Below, piece by piece: positions 16,685-25,961 of a stretch of 45,964 nucleotides of DNA. A program made the position numbers and the translations under genes. The notes beneath the pieces are model-generated. The model saw only the letters and a list, made by a program, of their open reading frames with translations. It made no database searches and was not told the DNA's origin. Source of the DNA: Gemmatimonadota bacterium. GTDB lineage: Bacteria; Gemmatimonadota; Gemmatimonadetes; Palauibacterales; Palauibacteraceae. The stretch's first letter is position 1. Every line of letters starts with the position of its first letter. The DNA lies in assembly GCA_027295155.1 (NCBI GenBank), contig JAPULH010000001.1, positions 1 to 45,964 on the forward strand, read 5' to 3'.

Positions 16685-18520
16685 ATGGTGATGGGGGCGA
16701 TGCGCAACAGCGCGAAGTGGGTCATGCTCACGCTCGTGATCGCCTTCGTCGGGTGGTTGGTGCTCGACTGGGTGCAGAGCCGCCAGTCGTCAGCGGCGAC
16801 AGGGCCAAACCCGGTGGTTCTCACGGTCAACCGACAGGAGATCCGGCTCGTCGGGTGGAGCCAGCTCCTGCAGGGTCGCCTGGACCTGGCGCGAAGTCAG
16901 GTCGATCGGCCGCTCACCGACGAGGAAGTTCGTCAGATCCGTGAGGTCGCGTGGGAGACGTTGATCTCACAGGTGGTTCTCGAGCAGGAGCTCCGCCGCC
17001 TCTCGATCGAGATCAGCGACGCCGAGGTTCAGGAGGCCTTCCGTACGAGCCCGCCGCCCGACCTCCTCAACCACCCGGCCTTCCAGACCGACGGTCGGTT
17101 CGACTACGAGAAGTACCGGCAGTTCTTCGCCAACCCGGTCGTGGACGGAGTGCTGCTGCTCCAGATCGAGTCGTATTACCGAAACGCGCTCCCTCGACAG
17201 AAGCTGGCCGAGCGAATCCAGGCATCCGTCTATGTGAGCGACGATGATGTGTGGCGCGCGTACCGTGACCGACAGCAAACCGCTCGGGTCCGGTTCCTGA
17301 CGATCGACCCTTCCCAGGAGGTTAGCGAATCGGACGTCGAGATCACGAGCGGCGAAGTGGAAGCTTACTACCGGGAGCATCGGGACGAGTTCGAGAGGCC
17401 GGCCACCGCGATCGTGAACATCGTGAGCCTCTCGGCCTTTCCGTCGGCGGCCGACACCGCGGCAACCGCCGCCCGAGCCGACTCGCTCCGCCAGCTGATC
17501 GTCAGCGGAGAGGCCGAGTTCGAGGAGCTGGCCCGGAGCGAGTCCGCCGATGCCGCCACGGCCCCAGGTGGCGGCAGCCTGGGGAGGTTCGCGCGAGGAG
17601 ATCTGGCGGGGCCGGTGGGCGTCGAGGCCTTCACGCTGCCCGTGGGCGAGGTATCGGACCCGATCCTCTCGCCACGGGGCGTCCACCTTCTGAGGGTCGA
17701 TTCGCGCGACGGCGACACGGTCACCGCCTCCCACATCCTGCTCCCGGTGAGGCTCTCCGATGAGACCGAAGACGAGCTGTTCGACAGGCTCGACGGCCTC
17801 GAGGGCATCGCCCTCGATGACGGCCTCGCGGCCGCGGCGGATTCGCTCGGTATCCAGATGCGCGTGGCCGTCACGCTGACGGAGGCCGCGAACTTCGTTC
17901 CCGGCGCCGGGGCGCTCGGTGTCGGGATCGATTGGGCGTTCGACCCCACCACGCTGATCGGAGACTTAAGCCAGTTCTTCGAGAACGCGAGCGGCTACCA
18001 TATGCTCGAGCTGACCGAGGTCCGGCCGGCCGGAACGTTCGATCTCCTGGAGGTAGAGCCGAGCATCCGGCAGCTTCTCTTTCAGCAGAAACGGCAGGAA
18101 GCCGTGAGAGAGCTGGCCGCCGAGGCGCTCGCCGCGAACGAGGACGCGACCCTCTCCGAGATCGGGGAGCGAACCGGCTGGCCGGAGCGGACTTCCCAAC
18201 CGTTCACGCGCCTCGATTTCGTGCCGGGGCTGGGGCGGGACACGGAAGCCGTTGGAATAGCGTTCGGCCTTCCGATGGGCCATGTGGGCGACCCAGCGGA
18301 CGCAGGAGAAACGATCGTCCTGCTGGAAGTTCTGGAGCGCTCGGAGCCGTCGCTGGAGGCGTTCGAGGCCGCGAAGGTAGGAATCCGTGCCCAACTCACG
18401 CTGCGGCTACAGCAGCAACAGCTGAACCAATGGCTTCAGGGAGTGCGCGACCGAGCGAACGTGCGTGATCTTCGGGATCGTCTCGTCACACAGAACAACA
18501 CGCCGTTCGGTACATCCTAA
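16685..18520 (+). CDS. PpiD-like periplasmic chaperone / parvulin-type peptidyl-prolyl isomerase
   Basis: It has an N-terminal membrane anchor (KWVMLTLVIAFVGWLVLDWV), a SurA-N-like region and a PpiC-type rotamase segment (GGGSLGRFARGDLAGPVGVEAF...VSDPILSPRGVHLLRV). Confidence 0.8.
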   Translation: MVMGAMRNSAKWVMLTLVIAFVGWLVLDWVQSRQSSAATGPNPVVLTVNRQEIRLVGWSQLLQGRLDLARSQVDRPLTDEEVRQIREVAWETLISQVVLEQELRRLSIEISDAEVQEAFRTSPPPDLLNHPAFQTDGRFDYEKYRQFFANPVVDGVLLLQIESYYRNALPRQKLAERIQASVYVSDDDVWRAYRDRQQTARVRFLTIDPSQEVSESDVEITSGEVEAYYREHRDEFERPATAIVNIVSLSAFPSAADTAATAARADSLRQLIVSGEAEFEELARSESADAATAPGGGSLGRFARGDLAGPVGVEAFTLPVGEVSDPILSPRGVHLLRVDSRDGDTVTASHILLPVRLSDETEDELFDRLDGLEGIALDDGLAAAADSLGIQMRVAVTLTEAANFVPGAGALGVGIDWAFDPTTLIGDLSQFFENASGYHMLELTEVRPAGTFDLLEVEPSIRQLLFQQKRQEAVRELAAEALAANEDATLSEIGERTGWPERTSQPFTRLDFVPGLGRDTEAVGIAFGLPMGHVGDPADAGETIVLLEVLERSEPSLEAFEAAKVGIRAQLTLRLQQQQLNQWLQGVRDRANVRDLRDRLVTQNNTPFGTS

Positions 18521-18536
18521 CAGGTCGGTACATCCA

Positions 18537-18560
18537 GGGCAGGCTGCCAGCAGCCTGCCC
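18537..18560. terminator. perfect 10-bp GC-rich hairpin between the convergent ppiD-like and tatA genes
   Basis: GGGCAGGCTG-CCAG-CAGCCTGCCC forms the hairpin. There is no U-tract on either side, so its function as a terminator is inferred only from its position. Confidence 0.45.
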
Positions 18561-18578
18561 TCCAGCCGGACGAGCTTC

Positions 18579-18788
18579 TCAGCTCTTGGGCTCACCCTCC
18601 GTGTCGTTCCCCTCGCCGCTCGAGATCTCGCGGCCGGCTCCGCCCTCGACCTCTTGCACGGAATCTTTGAACTCGCGGATGCCCTTGCCGAGCGAGCTGC
18701 CGATGTCCGGGAGGCGCTTGGCACCGAAGAAGAGCAGGATTATGAAGAAGATGAGGAGGAGTTCCCACATCCCGAGTCCACCGAACAT
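18579..18788 (-). CDS. tatA: twin-arginine translocase subunit TatA/E
   Basis: The 69-aa product reads MFGGLGMWELLLIFFIILLFFGAKRLPDIGSSLGKGIREFK. Confidence 0.92.
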   Translation of the reverse strand: MFGGLGMWELLLIFFIILLFFGAKRLPDIGSSLGKGIREFKDSVQEVEGGAGREISSGEGNDTEGEPKS

Positions 18789-18820
18789 GATGCCACTCCA
18801 TCGAGAGAAGCTTCGCTTCG

Positions 18821-19099
18821 TTACAGAAGCGACCTAGCGAACCACGCTATCAGTAATATCCCTATCACGCTAAGAATGTTCAAACGCAGGATGAGGGGCC
18901 CGAGCGTCAGGGCAAGAACGTGCAGGTCAATAGAGAGCGGACCGAGGCTGGCCGATACGGTCATGATGAAGAACTGCCGGGCGGCACTCTGAGGCAGGGT
19001 GAGGATAAGCAGCTCCGTGACGAGCCCACCAAGCAGCAACCCGCCAGCGACGATCAGCACGACGCGGCGTGCCGTGGCCCTTCGCCTTCTGTATTCCAT
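18821..19099 (-). CDS. small membrane protein, DUF4321-like
   Basis: The 92-aa product has two hydrophobic segments. The central LGPLSIDLHVLALTLGPLILRLNILSVIGILL resembles the DUF4321 pattern as I remember it. Confidence 0.6.
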   Translation of the reverse strand: MEYRRRRATARRVVLIVAGGLLLGGLVTELLILTLPQSAARQFFIMTVSASLGPLSIDLHVLALTLGPLILRLNILSVIGILLIAWFARSLL

Positions 19100-19102
19100 C
19101 GC

Positions 19103-20101
19103 TCAGCTCTGCCTTTGCGTAACGAAGTCCACGGCGGCGTCCAGCGCCTCCCTGCAGCTGTCCGCCGGAAGCTCCTCCAGGTTCGCTCGCGCTCGGTCGC
19201 CAAATTCCTGCGCCATGGAGCGCGCGTACTCCAGCCCGCCGTTCTGATCCACGGCGATCATCACGTCCCGGACCGCATCCTCTGCGGGCTCGGGATCGAC
19301 AAACACCTGCCGCACCACGGTCCGATCCGCCGCATCCATCTCCTGCAGCGCCGCAATGAGTGGAAGCGTGACCTTGTGCTCGCGCAAGTCCTGCCCACTG
19401 GGTTTTCCTGTCACGTCAGCCGGCACGGTGTAATCGAGGAGGTCGTCGGTGATCTGAAAAGCCATCCCCAGATGGAACCCGAAGTTGCGCAACGGCTCGC
19501 GCGTGAACCCGGCGCCGAACATACCTCCCAACTCGCAGGCCGCCGCCATGAGCGCGGCTGTCTTGCACTGGCACAGAAGGTAGTAATCCTCTTCCGAAAA
19601 TAGTAAAGTGTCATGTGACATCAACTGTCGCATCTCGCCTACCGTCATTCGGTTAGCGGCGTGCGCAAGAAGGTGGATGGCGCTCACATTACCGATCTTC
19701 GCCACCTCCATCACGGCCCGCGAGTACAGGTAGTCACCCATGATAATCGAGACTTGATGGCTGAAGCGGGCATTCACGGTCGGTAGTCCGCGCCGACGAG
19801 CGGAGTGATCGACCGCGTCGTCATGCACCAGCGTGGCGACGTGGATGAGCTCGACGACCGCAGCGAGCTGGATGGCCTCGGGCGAAGGATCGTCGCCCAC
19901 ACCGTTGGACAGCAAGAGCAGCGTCGGCCGGAAGAGCTTTCCCTGCAGCGACAGGATGTACTCGCTAACGGCGTCCGTCGCCTCGTACCCCGCTGGGACC
20001 ATCCGGCCGATCGCGGCTTCCACCTCGGCGAGGCGCGCGAGAACCGGTTCTTTGACTGCCTGGAGAGCCGGGGGAGCAGCTTCCAACATCCTCTGTTCCA
20101 T
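19103..20101 (-). CDS. polyprenyl diphosphate synthase (trans-IPPS, IspB-like)
   Basis: It carries the two Asp-rich motifs LVHDDAVD and QITDDLLD. The start was placed at ATG 20101 (MEQRML), with ATG 20179 as an alternative. The longer ORF is an artefact. Confidence 0.88.
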   Translation of the reverse strand: MEQRMLEAAPPALQAVKEPVLARLAEVEAAIGRMVPAGYEATDAVSEYILSLQGKLFRPTLLLLSNGVGDDPSPEAIQLAAVVELIHVATLVHDDAVDHSARRRGLPTVNARFSHQVSIIMGDYLYSRAVMEVAKIGNVSAIHLLAHAANRMTVGEMRQLMSHDTLLFSEEDYYLLCQCKTAALMAAACELGGMFGAGFTREPLRNFGFHLGMAFQITDDLLDYTVPADVTGKPSGQDLREHKVTLPLIAALQEMDAADRTVVRQVFVDPEPAEDAVRDVMIAVDQNGGLEYARSMAQEFGDRARANLEELPADSCREALDAAVDFVTQRQS

Positions 20102-20111
20102 AGGGGAAACG

Positions 20112-20156
20112 GTGGACGGCGGCCACGTGGACAGCGGCGACGTGGACGGCGGCCAA
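20112..20156. repeat. 3 x 15-bp tandem repeat immediately upstream of the polyprenyl synthase start
   Basis: The three units are GTGGACGGCGGCCAC, GTGGACAGCGGCGAC and GTGGACGGCGGCCAA. Confidence 0.85.
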
Positions 20157-20231
20157 ATGTAGAAAGCCTGCGTCTGCATTGTCAAAGACCGAGCGCCGCG
20201 ATCCTGCTGGCCTGCTAAGCCACTCCTCTCA

Positions 20232-23039
20232 TCAGAGGAAGCCCTGGCCGTCCGAGCCGAACCCCAGCTGGGGGGAATCCTTGAGGCTGACGGAGAAGTT
20301 GAAGATGAAGTGACCGTTCGGTGCCTTGCTGAACCCGAAGGATGCCTGCCAGCGGTGAAGGTCGCGTTCGAGAGTAACGATCTGGCCGCCGAATCGACCC
20401 TGCGTGAGATTGTACTGGGTCGTCCAGCGCATCCGCCACCTGGGCGTGGGCTGGAGCGACAGAGACCCGCTGAGGGATTGGCTTTCCTCTCCGCCCTCCT
20501 CCGGGCGGGCCCGCAGGAGAGAATAGCCGATCTGTACGTTCCACGGCCCGGAGCGACCGCCGTCGAACCGGTCGTCCGCCTCGAAGGACTGTAACCGGTT
20601 CCGAGAGTCCAGCCGTTGGGTCGAGCTTCCCAGCGCCAGCGGCTGGTCGCGTCCACTACGACCCACGCCGAAGATCGCTCCCGGCCCCCGGGAGGAGCCG
20701 AACCCGAAGCTGGCCCCCACAGCCGACAGGAACGGGCTGAAGTCCCGATCTTCGCCGCTCCCGCGGAAGAGATCGAACTCGATGTTCGTGGCGACGCCCC
20801 GCAGGAGATCGGAGGTGATGTTCGTTCGCCATCGTTCCGTCACCAGCTTCGGCTGGTCCTTGCGCTCGAAGTCGAACACGAGCGGCGTGGAGTTCAGGGA
20901 GAGGAGGACGATGCTCTGATCGGCCACCGACCGGCGGCGTGTAGCGGCCGGGCGACCAGCCGCACCCTCACCGAACCGGAGCCGGCGGGTCGCCTCCACG
21001 GTCGTGTCGCTTGCCGCCCCCGTGGTGTCGGCCGGGACTCCGGCGACCTCCCCCTCGGCCGGCTCTGCTCCTTCGATCTCCTCCTCGAGGCCCTGCTCCT
21101 CGCGCTCCTCGTCGTCGAACCTCTCCTGCACCCGCCGCTTCAGCTTCGCCTCGAAGGTCTGGTTGAAGTTGATCGTCAGGCGGTTCTGGGCGCTCCCGCT
21201 CCGCACGGGAAAGCCGGGGAGCGCGGCGAGCGAGTCCGGCACGCTGACCGCCGGCGCGAACGTCCAGGAGATCTGGGGTGAGATCTTGTGGCGGAGGCTG
21301 GAGAACGGGCCGAAGCCTGGAAAGAAGCCGAAGATGTCGGTGGTCAGCACGACACCGATGTTGAAGCGGGTTGGCACCGCAATGAAGTCCCGCGAGGTGT
21401 CGTCCGAGCGGAAGAGCGCCCCATCCACAGAGATGCGCGGACGGAGCGTCGTGGATCCGATCAGGCCGATGCGGTAGTTCATCCCCACGTTCCAGTTCAG
21501 GGTCGACCGGAGCTCATCGTCCAGGTCGTTCCCCAGCGAGTCGGCGGGCACCGTGAGAAGATCGTTGAACCGCACCGACCCGCTCAGGTTGAGCTGTCTC
21601 AGCGTAAAGCTGCTCGTCGCGCCGGCGGTGGTCGTCCGAGTGTCTGTCCCCAGATCGCGCGTCTGCTCGGTCCGGGAGAAGTTGAGGCTGCCGCTCCAGT
21701 TCAGGTTGCTGAACGCGCCCTGCCGGCTCCTCGGGGCGCGGAAGAGCGTCACCGGAGAGAAGCTGAGGTTGACCGACGGAAGCGTGAGGTCCACGCGGCC
21801 ATCCTCCGCCAGGAACTGCCGCCGTCTCGCGCTCAGCGACACGTTTCCGAAGCCGAAGCGGTGGCTGAGACCCAGATCGGAGTCGATGATCGCCGTCTGC
21901 ACGCGGGGGTCGAAGCTCCGGTCCTCGAAGACCTTCGTGTCGTGCACGTACTGGAGCTTCAAGCTGAGGCGTGTCTCCGGCGTGAGATCCTGTCGGTGGT
22001 TGAGGCGGAACGCCAGGTTTTTGCCGGTCTCCCCAAAGCTGTAGCTCGCTAGCAGATTACCCTCGAAGAACTTCTTCAAAAACTTGTACCGATAGGCGCT
22101 GTTCAGCCGGGTGAAGCGACCGCTGAACCAGTCGACCGTGAACTGGGCATCCATGAAATCGCTGATCGCCCAGTAGTAGCCGAAGTCGGTGATCTGCCTG
22201 CCGATGCCACCGCTGTCCAGGATGTCGCTGATCCCGAAGCGGGGCGGAAGGAGGCCGCTTCGGCGGCCGGGCCGGATGTCCTGGGCGAAGAAGGGCAGCC
22301 AGGCGATCGGTACGTTGCCCACATAGAGGGTCACCGGCCACGCCACGATCGTGTTCTGGCTGACGAGCTTGATCTGGCCGGCTCTGAAGGTGTAGTGCGG
22401 CGGCTCGAGCTCGCAGGACGTGAAGGCTCCAGAGAGCACGAACAGCGTGTCGGTACCCGTGGGGATGGCGTCCCCCCTCACACGCCAGGTCGCACCACGC
22501 TCGGCAAACTGCGTCTCCGCATCGAAGATCGTTCCCTTCAGCGTCGCGATATCGTAGTACAGCGGGCCCGAGTCGCTCACGACCTCGGCCTGTTCCGGTC
22601 CGAGCAGCGCGATGGCCCCGAGCGCGGAGATGAACCGCGCCCGCGCCAGGTAGGTGATCGAGTCGGCGCGCAGCACGGCTTCCGTGTAGTTGGCCTGGGC
22701 CTGTCCCATCAGCCGAACGGACTCGAGCTCCAGATCTAGCTCGACGCGAACGCCGCGATACTCGAGCACTCGAAAGCCGGGAAGCCTTGCAAGCTCAGCG
22801 AACACGTCATCCCGGGTCGGGAAGCCTCCCTCGCTGAGCGCCTGCCGGCGAGCCGCGGCGTCCGTCACACGCGCGGAGTCGACCACCACGCCCGGCATCG
22901 CCAGCGAGTCCTGCGCCACGGAGTCACGCGCCGCCTCACCCTCCTGTGAGAAAGCGGGCGACCCTCCCAACGCGGCGTGGATCGCCGCGATCAGCGCCCA
23001 CGCCGCGAGAGCCCGGAGAGCGCGGCGAGCGGAAGTCAC
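20232..23039 (-). CDS. lptD: LptD/OstA-family outer-membrane LPS-assembly protein
   Basis: The 935-aa product has a signal peptide, an OstA-like N-domain and a long beta-barrel-like region. WLPFFAQDIRPGRRSGLLPPRFGISD resembles the LptD signature, and the C-terminal residues are aromatic/hydrophobic. Confidence 0.72.
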   Translation of the reverse strand: MTSARRALRALAAWALIAAIHAALGGSPAFSQEGEAARDSVAQDSLAMPGVVVDSARVTDAAARRQALSEGGFPTRDDVFAELARLPGFRVLEYRGVRVELDLELESVRLMGQAQANYTEAVLRADSITYLARARFISALGAIALLGPEQAEVVSDSGPLYYDIATLKGTIFDAETQFAERGATWRVRGDAIPTGTDTLFVLSGAFTSCELEPPHYTFRAGQIKLVSQNTIVAWPVTLYVGNVPIAWLPFFAQDIRPGRRSGLLPPRFGISDILDSGGIGRQITDFGYYWAISDFMDAQFTVDWFSGRFTRLNSAYRYKFLKKFFEGNLLASYSFGETGKNLAFRLNHRQDLTPETRLSLKLQYVHDTKVFEDRSFDPRVQTAIIDSDLGLSHRFGFGNVSLSARRRQFLAEDGRVDLTLPSVNLSFSPVTLFRAPRSRQGAFSNLNWSGSLNFSRTEQTRDLGTDTRTTTAGATSSFTLRQLNLSGSVRFNDLLTVPADSLGNDLDDELRSTLNWNVGMNYRIGLIGSTTLRPRISVDGALFRSDDTSRDFIAVPTRFNIGVVLTTDIFGFFPGFGPFSSLRHKISPQISWTFAPAVSVPDSLAALPGFPVRSGSAQNRLTINFNQTFEAKLKRRVQERFDDEEREEQGLEEEIEGAEPAEGEVAGVPADTTGAASDTTVEATRRLRFGEGAAGRPAATRRRSVADQSIVLLSLNSTPLVFDFERKDQPKLVTERWRTNITSDLLRGVATNIEFDLFRGSGEDRDFSPFLSAVGASFGFGSSRGPGAIFGVGRSGRDQPLALGSSTQRLDSRNRLQSFEADDRFDGGRSGPWNVQIGYSLLRARPEEGGEESQSLSGSLSLQPTPRWRMRWTTQYNLTQGRFGGQIVTLERDLHRWQASFGFSKAPNGHFIFNFSVSLKDSPQLGFGSDGQGFL

Positions 23040-23806
23040 TCGGCGGGCAGCGAAGAGCGCTCCGCGGCGCCCGAGCTCTTCGACCGCAGCACCAGTCGAG
23101 TCAACCAGATGGAGAGCTCGTACAGCAGGGCCATCGGCATGAGGAGCATGAGCATCGTTCCTGGATCGGCGGGCGTCAGCAGCGCTGACAGAACCGCCAG
23201 GATGACGATCGCGTGCCGCCGGTACTTGGTGAGCGTCTCGGGAGTCACGATGCCGAGAAGTCCGAGCACGACGAGGACCACCGGGAGCTGAAAGAGGATG
23301 CCGAACGCCAGGATGACGCCCGTGGCAAAGCGCAGGTACTCATCGATCGTGATGAGCGGCGAGAGACTCTCGGTCTGGAAGTTCAGCAGAAACCGAAGAC
23401 CGACCGGGAGCGCGAGGAAGTAGGCCATCCCCACGCCAGCCGAAAAGAGAAGGATCGCCCCGAGCGCCGCAGGGATCACATACTTTTTCTCCTTCTTGTG
23501 CAGGGCCGGCGAGAGGAACGCCCAGGCTTCGTAGATGAGTACCGGAAGGGCCATCAAGATGCCCAGCGCGATCCCGAGCTTGAGGCTGACGAAGAAAGGC
23601 GTCGTGGGACTCGTGAAGACCAGGCGGCGCTCGGGCAGCAGCGCCTGGATGGGTCTCTCGAGCACACCGATCACGTCGAGCTTGACCACAATGAGGAAGC
23701 CGAGCACGGAAGCCACGAGCACCGCGACAAGGCTCCAGATGATGCGCCACCTCAGCTCTTCGGGGTGATCCAGGAACGGCATCTCCGCTTTGTCGCGGCG
23801 CATCAC
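23036..23806 (-). CDS. tatC: twin-arginine translocase subunit TatC
   Basis: It has MPFLDHPEELRWRIIWSL at the N-terminus and a six-TM layout ending in LTPADPGTMLMLLMPMALLYELS. Confidence 0.92.
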   Translation of the reverse strand: MMRRDKAEMPFLDHPEELRWRIIWSLVAVLVASVLGFLIVVKLDVIGVLERPIQALLPERRLVFTSPTTPFFVSLKLGIALGILMALPVLIYEAWAFLSPALHKKEKKYVIPAALGAILLFSAGVGMAYFLALPVGLRFLLNFQTESLSPLITIDEYLRFATGVILAFGILFQLPVVLVVLGLLGIVTPETLTKYRRHAIVILAVLSALLTPADPGTMLMLLMPMALLYELSIWLTRLVLRSKSSGAAERSSLPAE

Positions 23807-24330
23807 TCCTCACCGGATGACCCGTGGGCCGGTTCCGACGGGCGGGGGAAGAGCTCGGCCTGGCCCGGCACCTCGTACTGCCGGCGCCTCTCCAGCTCCC
23901 GCACCTCCTGCTCGAACTCCACCATCTCCTGAAAGTTTCGGTACACGGACGCGAAGCGGACGTAGGCGACCTGGTCCAAGGAGGACAGGCGTTCCATCAC
24001 CAGCTCTCCGATCCGCTCGGCAGCAATCTCCCGTCCGTCGGCCGCCCCGAGCTCCTCCTCGATCTCATCCACGAGCGCGTCGATCGAGTCCGCCACCGGT
24101 CGCTTGGCGCATGCTACCTGAATGCTGCGCTTGAGCTTGGAGCGCTCGTACGCTTCCACGACGCCGCTGCGCTTTCGTACCGTGAGCGGCTCTTCCTCGA
24201 GCCATTCGTAGGTGGTGTAGCGACGGGCGCACGACGCGCACTGGCGACGGCGCCTCACGGCTCGACCGCCGCGTACGAGCCGGGAATCGATCACCCGGTC
24301 CTCGAGGTGGTCGCAGCTCGGACAGCGCAC
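23803..24330 (-). CDS. nrdR: transcriptional repressor NrdR
   Basis: It has the zinc ribbon MRCPSCDHLEDRVIDSR...RRRRQCASCARRYTTYE followed by an ATP-cone. Confidence 0.95.
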   Translation of the reverse strand: MRCPSCDHLEDRVIDSRLVRGGRAVRRRRQCASCARRYTTYEWLEEEPLTVRKRSGVVEAYERSKLKRSIQVACAKRPVADSIDALVDEIEEELGAADGREIAAERIGELVMERLSSLDQVAYVRFASVYRNFQEMVEFEQEVRELERRRQYEVPGQAELFPRPSEPAHGSSGEE

Positions 24331-24372
24331 GGGATCCCCGCAGTCGCTGGGTTCTGGGCTGGAGTAGTCGGC

Positions 24373-25167
24373 CTAGCGCCCGAGGTCGCTGAGGCGCTGC
24401 TGGGCCAAGATGGCCTCGTCGCTGTTCGGGTACCCCCGAACCACGCGCGAAAAGAACTCGACCGCGTCCTGCGTGTTGCCTCGATCCAGCTCGATCCGCC
24501 CGCTCGCGTACAGGGCCGAAGGCGCCCGGCGCGAGTTCGGGTACAGCTCGAGCACGCGGGCGTACTCGGCGAGCGCCGCGTCCGCGTCGTCCGTTTCCTC
24601 GTACGTGCGCGCCAGATAAAACTGCGCGTCCGGAGCCAGCTCATCGCCCGGATAGAGCCGGAGGAACTCCGCGAAGCCCGTTCGAGCCGTCTCGTACGCG
24701 CCCCGGTTGAACTGGTTCTGAGCGGAGTTGTACAGCGGCGCTCCCTCGCCACCATCACCTCCCTCACCCGCGGCCGGAGCCGGACCGGCTGGCAGCGGTA
24801 CGACGGCCGCTCGACCGGCGGCGCCCCATTCCATCTCCCGCTGGATCTGCCCGAGGAGATCCAGGATCTGCGCCAGCGAACGCTGGACCTCGACCAGCTG
24901 TCGCTGCTGCTGCGATGTGCCCCGCGCCTGTCGCTGCTGTTGCGTTTCGAGGCTGTCCAGGAACGCGCCCCTTAGCTCGCGGTTCAGGCTGTCCTGGCTG
25001 GCCCGGAGCGCTCGGATCTCCGACAGCATGTTCGTCTCGAGCTGCTGCAGATCGCCCTTGCTGGCGCATGCCCCGCACAGAAGCGCCAGCGGCAGCATGG
25101 CCATCCGCCGGTTCACGGCTCGAGGCCCCACACTCGTCCGTCGACCGGCCGCTCGATCAGAGAGCAT
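24373..25167 (-). CDS. ybgF: Tol-Pal system protein YbgF/CpoB-like (coiled coil plus TPR)
   Basis: An N-terminal signal and coiled coil (LQQLETNMLSEIRALRASQDSL) are followed by C-terminal TPR repeats. It lies directly downstream of pal. The start is uncertain (25167 or ATG 25104). Confidence 0.75.
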   Translation of the reverse strand: MLSDRAAGRRTSVGPRAVNRRMAMLPLALLCGACASKGDLQQLETNMLSEIRALRASQDSLNRELRGAFLDSLETQQQRQARGTSQQQRQLVEVQRSLAQILDLLGQIQREMEWGAAGRAAVVPLPAGPAPAAGEGGDGGEGAPLYNSAQNQFNRGAYETARTGFAEFLRLYPGDELAPDAQFYLARTYEETDDADAALAEYARVLELYPNSRRAPSALYASGRIELDRGNTQDAVEFFSRVVRGYPNSDEAILAQQRLSDLGR

Positions 25168-25819
25168 TCGGGTTCGGGATGATGAAGTCGTCCCGGCGGT
25201 TCAGGGCCCATGCCGTCTCGTTGTGACCCGGATCCAGCGGTCGCTCCTTTCCGAAGCTCACCGTCCGCAGGCGATCTTCAGCGATCCCCAGGCCGACGAG
25301 GTAGTTCTTCGCGGCCATGGCGCGCCGCATGCCCAGCGCAAAGTTGTACTCGATGGACCCTCGCTCGTCGCAGTTCCCCTCGATCGTGAGCTGCACGTTC
25401 GGGTGACTCCGCAACACGTCGACCTTCCGGTCGAGGACCGCCACCGCCTCGTTGCTCAGCTCCGCTCTGTCGAAGGCGAAGTGAATGCGCTCCTGGATGG
25501 TCTCGATCGCGTCGATCCGGGCGATCTGAGCGCCTGCGCCGCGCGCGCAATCGGTGCCCGCGTACTCCGAGATCGCCTCGTCATACAGTCGCCTGGCGCG
25601 CTCATAGTCGCCCTGCCGAGCCGCCGTGGCCGCCTGTTCGCAAATCGATCTCGCGGCTGCCTCGGCGAGTTCGGCCGGATCGGGACCCGGAGACTCGGCC
25701 GGCAGAGCTTCATCCGTCGCCGGCTCGACATCTGGTGGCGGATTCGATCCGCACGCCACGATGCCAAAGAGGAGTGCCCCGGCCAACGCCGTCCAGCGGA
25801 CCGTTTGACGCATGCTCAT
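25157..25819 (-). CDS. pal: peptidoglycan-associated lipoprotein (OmpA family)
   Basis: It has a lipobox (LLFGIVAC) and an OmpA-like domain (LTIEGNCDERGSIEYNFALGMRRAMAAKNYL). Confidence 0.88.
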   Translation of the reverse strand: MSMRQTVRWTALAGALLFGIVACGSNPPPDVEPATDEALPAESPGPDPAELAEAAARSICEQAATAARQGDYERARRLYDEAISEYAGTDCARGAGAQIARIDAIETIQERIHFAFDRAELSNEAVAVLDRKVDVLRSHPNVQLTIEGNCDERGSIEYNFALGMRRAMAAKNYLVGLGIAEDRLRTVSFGKERPLDPGHNETAWALNRRDDFIIPNPNAL

Positions 25820-25961
25820 CTCCTTCAGCGGTAAGCCTCACCGTCGGTTGATGGGTGAATCTGGGGTCGAGAACCACATCCCGTCCGCCGCGTTTCCAAG
25901 CTAGACGTTCCGGCCGACTCTGCCAAGCCGGCTTTCCCGCTCCGCGACACCTCCGGCTCCG

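Noticed and set aside
20112-20156. A CRISPR-like interpretation of the short tandem repeats (20112, 29156 and 30213)
   Set aside because: The units are 15-18 bp and directly abutting with no spacers, and two of the three arrays lie inside coding sequence. They are simple tandem duplications.
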